Source: an uncultured Thermomicrobiales bacterium (GTDB taxonomy: Bacteria; Chloroflexota; Chloroflexia; Thermomicrobiales; UBA6265). Taken from it: 51,148 bases of DNA. The translations under genes were made by a program, and so were the position numbers. Of this stretch, positions 44,550 to 51,148 are shown piece after piece. The notes beneath the pieces were generated by a model, which saw only the letters and a list, made by a program, of their open reading frames with translations, did no database searches and was not told the origin of the DNA. The first letter of the stretch is position 1; each line of letters starts with the position of its first letter. The stretch is from positions 1,426 through 52,573 of the forward strand of contig CAXTHM010000012.1 in assembly GCA_964244115.1 (NCBI GenBank), written 5' to 3'.

Positions 44550-47063
44550 ATGCCTCCCCAGAATGACGATGTCAGAACCTTTCCCGCGTCCACCGTCCGG
44601 ACCGTGCTGGTCGCCGTCGATGGCGTGGACCGGTCGGTCGGCGACCATGGGTTGCTGGCCTACGAAGTACCCGTCGAGATGGCGACGGTCCCGCCGGTCG
44701 GGTCGCTGATCTGGGTCCCGATCCGGCGGAGTTATGCCCGCGCGGTCGTCGTGGAGATCGAACCGGTCGGTGCCAGCGGACCGTACGCGCTGCGGCCCCT
44801 GATCGGCTCTGTCAGCCCGCCGATCGTGCTGGATGAGCGTCGGGTCGGTGTGGCGCTCTGGCTGGCGCTGGAGACGATCACGTCACCGTTCGCAGCCCTG
44901 GAGCCATTCCTGCCGCCGGGCTATGGCAAGGACGCCGTCGCGGCTTACCGGCTCGCCAGGGCGGATGCAGAGACGCGGACGTTGACGCCGACGCAGCGAG
45001 CCGTCCTGGCAGCGCTCGTCGACGGCCGCACCCACCCGCTGCCCGACCTCCAGCGGGCCACCGGCCGGAAGCTGACCTCGGTCCTCGGCGACCTGCTCCA
45101 GGCCGGGCTGATCGAGGCGCTGCCGAGCCAGCCGCCCCATGACCCGTCGAGCCAGACCGATCGGTACATCCGGCTGACGGTGGCCACCGACCGGCTGGAT
45201 GAAGTCGTCGCCGGGCTGCGTTCCGAGCGACAGCGGTCATTGCTGGAGGAGATCGCCGGCCGGTCAGGCGACCTCGCCGGCGACGACGATCCGTTCCTGA
45301 TCGCGGCCCCGATCCTGAAGGATGGCGGCTGGCCGCTGGACGTGCTGCGCTCGCTGGTCAGTGCGGGACATGTCGAGGAGATCGAGCGGCCGAAGCTCCC
45401 ATCCTCCTGGATGGAATCGGCCCGGCGCGATCTTCCGCCCCCGCTGACGGGCGAGCAGGCGGCGGTCTGGTCGGCGGTTGAAACGGCGCTGGAGACGCAT
45501 GACCCGATCCCGCGGCTGCTCTGCGGCGTCACGGGCAGCGGCAAGACCGAGATCTACCTGCGCGGAGTCGACTGGTGCCTCCGCAACGGCCGCGGGGCGA
45601 TCATCCTCGTGCCCGAGATCACGCTGGCGACGCAGGTCGTCCGTCGGTTCCGGAGTCGCTTCCCCGGCAAGGTTGCCGTTCTCCACTCCTCGCTGCCGGC
45701 CGGAGAGCGGCTGGCGTCCTGGCGGGCGCTGGCGGAGGGCCGGGTCAGCGTCGTGGTCGGCGCCCGCTCGGCCCTGTTCGCGCCGCTGCCCGATGTCGGG
45801 CTGATCGTGCTGGACGAGGAGCACGAGTCGGCCTACAAGCAGGACAGCGACCCGCGCTACCACGCCCGGGCGCTGGCCGAGGAGCTGGGCGAGCGCTTCG
45901 GCGCGGTCGTCCTGCTGGGCTCCGCGACGCCGTCGATCGAGACGACGCGACGGGTTCAGGACGGGACGGCGGTCGGGCTGTCGCTGCCGAGCCGCGTCCG
46001 GCCGGCCGCGATCGAGGGGGACGATGCCGGGGTGCTGGAGTTGCCCACCGTCGAGATCGTCGACATGCGGCTGGAACTCCATCGGGGCAACGCCGGACTG
46101 CTCAGCGAGGTCCTCAAGGAGCGGCTGACCGAGACGCTGTCCCGGGGCGATCAGGCGCTGATCCTGCTCAACCGGCGCGGGATGGCGACCGTCGTCCTCT
46201 GCCAGGACTGCGGGCACCGGCTGATCTGCCCGCACTGCGACATCCCGCTGGTCTTCCATCAGGATCGCTCGCTGTTGATCTGCCACCGCTGCGACTATCG
46301 CGAGCGCCCGCCGGCCTCCTGCCCGTCGTGTTCCGGCCGCCTCACGTACTTCGGCGCCGGCACGCAACGGGTCGAGTCCGAGGTCGCGGCGATATTCCGC
46401 GGCGCCCGGGTGCTGCGCTGGGATCAGGACACCACGCGCCGCCGGGGGGCGCCCGAGGCGATGCTGCGGTCGGTCGAGGAGCGGCAGGTCGACATCGTGG
46501 TCGGCACGCAGATGATCGCCAAGGGGCTGGACCTGCCGCACGTTACGACCGTCGGGGTGATCAACGCCGACTCGATCCTGCACCTGCCCGACTTTCGCTC
46601 GGCCGAGCGCACGTTCCAGCTCCTGACGCAGGTCGCCGGTCGGGCGGGGCGACGCGGCGCCGGGACGGTGATCGTCCAGTCGTACACGCCCCACCACTAC
46701 GCTGTCCGGGCGGCGGCCAGCCATGATTACGACCAGTTCTACGAGGAGGAGATCGTCTTCCGGGACCAGAACTTCTACCCGCCGTTCACGCGCCTGGTCC
46801 GCTTCGCCTTCCGCCACCGGGACGAGGCGAAGTGTGCGGCCGAGGCGGCGACCTACGCCCACATCCTCGTCCAGCACGTCCGCCTGCACGGTCAGGTCGG
46901 TGTCGCGGACATCCTCGGGCCGACCCCGGCCTTCGCCGCCCGCGTCCGGGACGAGTACCAGTGGCAGATCATCTTGCGCTCGCCGGAGATGGAGCCGCTG
47001 CTGCCGAGGTTGCCGACCCGGCCGGGTTGGGTGGTCGACGTCGACCCGATGAGCGTCCTCTAG
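44550..47063 (+). CDS. priA: Primosomal protein N' (replication restart helicase)
   Basis: GVTGSGKTE, DEEH, four CxxC pairs, GTQMIAKG, QVAGRAGR and DVDP. Confidence 0.97.
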   Translation: MPPQNDDVRTFPASTVRTVLVAVDGVDRSVGDHGLLAYEVPVEMATVPPVGSLIWVPIRRSYARAVVVEIEPVGASGPYALRPLIGSVSPPIVLDERRVGVALWLALETITSPFAALEPFLPPGYGKDAVAAYRLARADAETRTLTPTQRAVLAALVDGRTHPLPDLQRATGRKLTSVLGDLLQAGLIEALPSQPPHDPSSQTDRYIRLTVATDRLDEVVAGLRSERQRSLLEEIAGRSGDLAGDDDPFLIAAPILKDGGWPLDVLRSLVSAGHVEEIERPKLPSSWMESARRDLPPPLTGEQAAVWSAVETALETHDPIPRLLCGVTGSGKTEIYLRGVDWCLRNGRGAIILVPEITLATQVVRRFRSRFPGKVAVLHSSLPAGERLASWRALAEGRVSVVVGARSALFAPLPDVGLIVLDEEHESAYKQDSDPRYHARALAEELGERFGAVVLLGSATPSIETTRRVQDGTAVGLSLPSRVRPAAIEGDDAGVLELPTVEIVDMRLELHRGNAGLLSEVLKERLTETLSRGDQALILLNRRGMATVVLCQDCGHRLICPHCDIPLVFHQDRSLLICHRCDYRERPPASCPSCSGRLTYFGAGTQRVESEVAAIFRGARVLRWDQDTTRRRGAPEAMLRSVEERQVDIVVGTQMIAKGLDLPHVTTVGVINADSILHLPDFRSAERTFQLLTQVAGRAGRRGAGTVIVQSYTPHHYAVRAAASHDYDQFYEEEIVFRDQNFYPPFTRLVRFAFRHRDEAKCAAEAATYAHILVQHVRLHGQVGVADILGPTPAFAARVRDEYQWQIILRSPEMEPLLPRLPTRPGWVVDVDPMSVL

Positions 47064-47173
47064 CGGCGCGGCGTGGGCTCGTCTGGACTGATAGGCGATA
47101 CTTGTCCGACGAATACTCGAGACGTGGCGGCCGCCTGGCGCGGGCGCGGTGAAGAACGAAAGCCCGGTAGACG

Positions 47174-47743
47174 ATGACGCAACTCGAGATCCGACTGGAT
47201 GGGGACCCGATCCTCCGGCAGAAGGCGACCAAGATCAACCGGGTCGACGATTCGATCCGGAAGCTGGCCAGCGACATGTGGGAGACGGTCGATGCGGCCG
47301 ACGGGGTCGGCCTCGCGGCGCCGCAGGTCGGGGTCAGCCGGCGGCTGATCGTGGTCCACCTGCCCGAGGGATACACCGAGGAGGGCTCGCCCGAGGTCGC
47401 CCTCCGCCTCGTCAACCCGGAGATCGTCAAATCCCGGGGGGAGGTCATGGGGATGGAGGGCTGCCTGAGCATCCCCGGCTGGCAGGGCGAGGTCGAGCGG
47501 GCCGACCTCATCACGGTCAAGGCGACCGACCTGAACAACCGGGACGTCCGCCTGAAGCTCGACGGCTGGGCCGCGCGGGTCGTCCAGCACGAGATCGACC
47601 ACCTCGACGGCATCCTCTACACCGACCGGATGCGCGACGAGGACGAGCTCTACCGGGTCGAGGCGGCCGACGACGAGGACGATCTCGACCCGGCGCCGGT
47701 CAGCGAGGCCTCGCACGACCTCGTCGCCGAGCCAGCCCGTTAG
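47174..47743 (+). CDS. def: Peptide deformylase
   Basis: GVGLAAPQVG, EGCLS and QHEIDHLDG. Confidence 0.97.
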   Translation: MTQLEIRLDGDPILRQKATKINRVDDSIRKLASDMWETVDAADGVGLAAPQVGVSRRLIVVHLPEGYTEEGSPEVALRLVNPEIVKSRGEVMGMEGCLSIPGWQGEVERADLITVKATDLNNRDVRLKLDGWAARVVQHEIDHLDGILYTDRMRDEDELYRVEAADDEDDLDPAPVSEASHDLVAEPAR

Positions 47744-48387
47744 AGGGCGGCGGAGACCTGCGCGGTCCGGCAGCGCTGGGCGAGGATGATCGCGTGGATC
47801 TGGTCGAGGGCGATGTCGAGGCGGTCATCCTCATTGAAGATGACATAATCGAACTCGACCGCGGCGGAGAGTTCCTGGGTGGCGGTGTTGAACCGGCGCA
47901 TCAGGGCCTCGGGCTCGTCGGTCTTCCGGGAACGCAGTCGCCGCATCAGCGCCGTCAGCGATTCCGGGGCGATGAAGATGAACGTCGCCGTCGGCAGCAG
48001 GGTCCGCATCGTCGCCGCCCCCTGGACGTCGACCTTGACGATCACGTCCTGTCCGCGGCTGAGCGCCTCACGGATGCCCCATTTGGGGACGCCGTAGCGC
48101 AGCCCGTAGACGTCGGCCGACTCGAGGAACTCCTGCTGCTGCTCGCGGACGGCGAAGGTGTCGGCATCGAGGAAGTAGTAGTGGATGCCGTCGATCTCGC
48201 CGGGCCGGCGCTGCCGGGTCGTCGCCGTCACCGCGAAGTGGATCTCGGGTGAGCGCTCCCGGAGCCGCTCGATCACGGAATCCTTGCCGACGCCCGACGG
48301 GCCGCTGATCACGTAGACATGCGGCTGGCGCCGGGAGCGGAGATTGGCGATGATCTCGTCGGCCTGGTCACTCGATGTCGTCGGCAT
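47740..48387 (-). CDS. gmk: Guanylate kinase
   Basis: ISGPSGVGKD, TTRQRRPGEIDGIHYYF and DVQGA; only the last 215 aa of the 838-aa ORF are real. Confidence 0.96.
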   Translation of the reverse strand: MPTTSSDQADEIIANLRSRRQPHVYVISGPSGVGKDSVIERLRERSPEIHFAVTATTRQRRPGEIDGIHYYFLDADTFAVREQQQEFLESADVYGLRYGVPKWGIREALSRGQDVIVKVDVQGAATMRTLLPTATFIFIAPESLTALMRRLRSRKTDEPEALMRRFNTATQELSAAVEFDYVIFNEDDRLDIALDQIHAIILAQRCRTAQVSAAL

Positions 48388-48477
48388 CCTGCTGCACACT
48401 CCCGCATCCCGTTGCCCTGGCCCTCGGCGTCTGCCGGGTGCGAGCCGATTCGCCGTTCCTGGCTGAGGATCACCACC

Positions 48478-50376
48478 GTGTATGACGTCCTGACGCTTGC
48501 CGCCATCGTCGACGAGATGAACGCGACCGCGATCAACGCCCGGATCCAGAAGGTCGGGCTGGTCGATCGCCTGACCTTCGCCGCCGAGCTGTACACGCCC
48601 GGCCGGCGCCGCTGGCTGGTCGCCAGTGCCGACGGCGAGCGGGCCCGGCTGCATCTGACCGCAACCACCGCCTCGCTCGACCCGGAACTGATCACCCCGT
48701 TCGGCCTGCTCCTGCGGAAATACGTCCGGGGCAGCATCCTGATCGGGGTCGAGCAGGAACCGCTCGAGCGGATCGTGCGGCTGAGTATAGCCAAGCGACT
48801 CCCGCCCCTCAACGCGACCCGAAAGCGCGGGGTCGCGGTCGCGGTGGAGGAGATCGAGCCGGACGAGGAGATCGAGGCGCTCAAGGTCGACGAGGACGCC
48901 GTCCTCGATGAGCTCGACCGGCCCGACATAACTTACATGCAGCTCGTCATCGAAGTCATGGGCCGGCACTCCAACATCATGCTGCTCGACAACGACGGCG
49001 TGATCATGGACTCGGTCAAGCATGTCACCCCGGCCATGAGCCGCGTCCGCCCGATCTGGCCCAGGCTGACGTACACGTTGCCGCCGGCGATGGGACGGCC
49101 CGACCCTCGCCGGGTGACCGCCGCCGCGATGGGGGACATCCTGGAGGCCGCTAAGCCGAAGGACGAAGTCGCCCGGCTGCTCGTCAGCCGGCTCCGGGCC
49201 GTCAGCCCGCAGATCGCCCGGGAGGCCGTCTTCCGCGCCACCGGCGACGTCGGGACGAGAGTCGGTGCGGAGGGCATCGATCCCGCCGCTGTCGCCCGTG
49301 AACTGCGCGGGCTCTACGAGTCGCTGCTGACGAACGTCTGGCAACCGGTGGTCTACCGGGAGGACGAGGCGGTCATCGCCTTCAGCGCATTCCCGCTCCA
49401 CGGCCTGGAGGCATCCAGCGACGTCGAGTTGCTGGCGTCGATGTCCGAGGCGGCCCGGCTGGGCGACGATGCGACGTCGGCCGATGCGCCGGTCAGCCAC
49501 GCGCAGCGCCGGGAGCGGATGCTGGCGACGATCGCCGCCGCGCGGGACCGGGTCGACGCCCGGCTGGCGTCCCTGGAAGCGCAGGAGGCCAAGGCGATCG
49601 AGGTCGAGCGGCTCCGGGAGCAGGGCGAGCTGATCTACGCCTGGCTGTACCAGATCAGGCCGGGCGACTCCGTACTCGAAGTCGACGGCCAGACCATCGC
49701 GCTCGATCCGAACCTGTCCGGTAAGGAGAACGCGGCCGAGTACTTCCAGCGCTATCGCAAGGCGCAGGGGGCTGGGCGGCAGTTGCCCGAGCTGATCGAG
49801 CAGGCGACCCAGCAGCTCGACTACCTCGCCCAGCTCGGGACGATGGTCAGGCAGGCACCGGGGTTCATCGAACTGGAGTCGCTGGCGACGGAGTGGGACG
49901 GCGTCGCGGAGCAGTTCGGCGCCCGGGCCTCGGTCAAGGGCCGGGGCCGGGCGATGCCGAAGAGTTCCAGCAAGGCCGACCGGCGACCGAAGGCGCTCTA
50001 CGACCCCGAAGGCCACGCGATCTACATCGGCCGGAGCGGGCGGCAGAACGACGCCGTCACCTTCGATGTCGCTGGCGCCGACGACACCTGGCTCCATGCC
50101 CGAGGCGTCCCCGGCAGCCACGTCATCATCAAGTGGCGGACGCCCATGCCGGAGGAGGACGAGCGTACCGTCGCGCTGGCCGCATCCCTGGCCGCCTGGT
50201 ACAGCGGGTCGCGTGGGAACGGGTCCGTGGAGGTCGACGTGACCCGGCGCCGGCATGTCCGCAAGATCAAGGGCGCCGGGCCCGGGATGGTCACCTACCG
50301 ACAGGAGCGCACGATCTCCGTCCCGCCGCGGGACGAGACCGCGATGGCGAACTCGCTGGCGTCGTCGTCGCGGTAG
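48478..50376 (+). CDS. rqcH: Ribosome quality control factor RqcH (NFACT/FbpA family)
   Basis: N-terminal VYD (translated MYD), ERIV, IEVMGRHSN, coiled coils, LDPNLS..ENAAEYFQRYRK, IGRSGRQND and WLHARGVPGSHV. Confidence 0.93.
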   Translation: MYDVLTLAAIVDEMNATAINARIQKVGLVDRLTFAAELYTPGRRRWLVASADGERARLHLTATTASLDPELITPFGLLLRKYVRGSILIGVEQEPLERIVRLSIAKRLPPLNATRKRGVAVAVEEIEPDEEIEALKVDEDAVLDELDRPDITYMQLVIEVMGRHSNIMLLDNDGVIMDSVKHVTPAMSRVRPIWPRLTYTLPPAMGRPDPRRVTAAAMGDILEAAKPKDEVARLLVSRLRAVSPQIAREAVFRATGDVGTRVGAEGIDPAAVARELRGLYESLLTNVWQPVVYREDEAVIAFSAFPLHGLEASSDVELLASMSEAARLGDDATSADAPVSHAQRRERMLATIAAARDRVDARLASLEAQEAKAIEVERLREQGELIYAWLYQIRPGDSVLEVDGQTIALDPNLSGKENAAEYFQRYRKAQGAGRQLPELIEQATQQLDYLAQLGTMVRQAPGFIELESLATEWDGVAEQFGARASVKGRGRAMPKSSSKADRRPKALYDPEGHAIYIGRSGRQNDAVTFDVAGADDTWLHARGVPGSHVIIKWRTPMPEEDERTVALAASLAAWYSGSRGNGSVEVDVTRRRHVRKIKGAGPGMVTYRQERTISVPPRDETAMANSLASSSR

Positions 50377-50402
50377 GGCCGCCAGGCAGTGGGCTCAGGT
50401 CG

Positions 50403-50442
50403 GCACGATGGCCCGGACGATCAGTCGTCCGGGCCATCGTGC
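50403..50442. terminator. Bidirectional hairpin between rqcH and tatC
   Basis: 18-bp perfect stem GCACGATGGCCCGGACGA-TCAG-TCGTCCGGGCCATCGTGC. Confidence 0.7.
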
Positions 50443-50463
50443 TCCTCACATCCGGCTGGCCGT

Positions 50464-51148
50464 CTACGCCTCGGTCGGGACCGGGCCGCGAGTCGTCTCG
50501 CCGCGAACGAGCAGGCGGGCGAGGATGATGCCGATCTCGTACAGGATCACCAGGGGAACCGCGACCAGGGCGAGGTTCACGGGGTCGGTCGTCGGCGTGA
50601 TGATCGCCGAGACGACGATGATGAGCAGGAACGAGTACTTCCGCCATTTCCGCATCTTCACCGCGCTGACGATGTTGATCTTCGCGAGCAGGAACATGAT
50701 CAGCGGCAGCTGGAAGGACAGCCCGAGCCCGACCATGATCGTCAGATAGAAGTTCACCGTTTCCTTGGCGTCGGCACTGTCCAGGAAGATATCGTCGGCG
50801 AAGTTGCCGAGGAACTGGAGTGCGCGGGGGATCGCGAAGAAGAACGAGTAGGATGCTCCGGCGATGAACAGCAGCGCGACGAAGGGCAGCGACGTGTAGA
50901 CGATCCGCTTCTCGCGGTTCGTCAGGCCCGGAGCGAGGAACGCGATGATCTGATAGAGGAGCACCGGTGAGGTGATAGCGATCGCGATGTAGAGGGCGAC
51001 CTTGAAGACGACGGTCAGGTTGTCGGTCGGACCCTGGACGTCCAGCCCTTCGCCGTTGTTGACATTCTCGACCATGACGCGAAGCAATGGCTGGGCGAAG
51101 ATGAAACCGATGATGAGACCGCCGACGATGGCGATCCCCATCTTGATC
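50464..51148 (-). CDS. tatC: Twin-arginine translocase subunit TatC (5' end outside the window)
   Basis: YQIIAFLAPGLTNREKR, FQLP, AIITPTTDP and LYEIGI. Confidence 0.95.
   Translation of the reverse strand, partial: IKMGIAIVGGLIIGFIFAQPLLRVMVENVNNGEGLDVQGPTDNLTVVFKVALYIAIAITSPVLLYQIIAFLAPGLTNREKRIVYTSLPFVALLFIAGASYSFFFAIPRALQFLGNFADDIFLDSADAKETVNFYLTIMVGLGLSFQLPLIMFLLAKINIVSAVKMRKWRKYSFLLIIVVSAIITPTTDPVNLALVAVPLVILYEIGIILARLLVRGETTRGPVPTEA

Noticed and set aside
48388-50256. Apparent 620-aa N-terminal fusion to guanylate kinase
   Set aside because: Antisense to rqcH; gmk has its own ATG at 48387

Overview
High-GC (about 70%) bacterial chromosomal segment, most likely Chloroflexota of the Thermomicrobiales type. 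This placement is inferred from ATPVA/GTPVA linkers in exported proteins and from gene content. About 45 mostly housekeeping or metabolic genes are present: secD (plus the start of a probable secF), nadD, mscS, a PHP phosphatase, a solo gyrA divergent from a YcaQ-type glycosylase, SAM-I riboswitch-controlled metX-metY, a sugar ABC transporter, a sugar-acid cluster (two enolase-superfamily dehydratases, uxuA, an SDR), guaB, an orphan parA/soj, tRNA-Leu(CAA), priA-def, gmk, rqcH and partial tatC. There is also a coxD-coxE-xdhC-mocA molybdo-hydroxylase maturation block with no structural genes, followed directly by a Thermus-like fbcX-Rieske-cytochrome b operon with no cytochrome c. No transposase, integrase, phage gene or CRISPR array was seen. 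The intergenic gaps, especially between convergent genes, hold at least two families of structured REP/MITE-like repeats, some arranged as large inverted pairs. Family assignments come from motif recognition and memory, not database searches.
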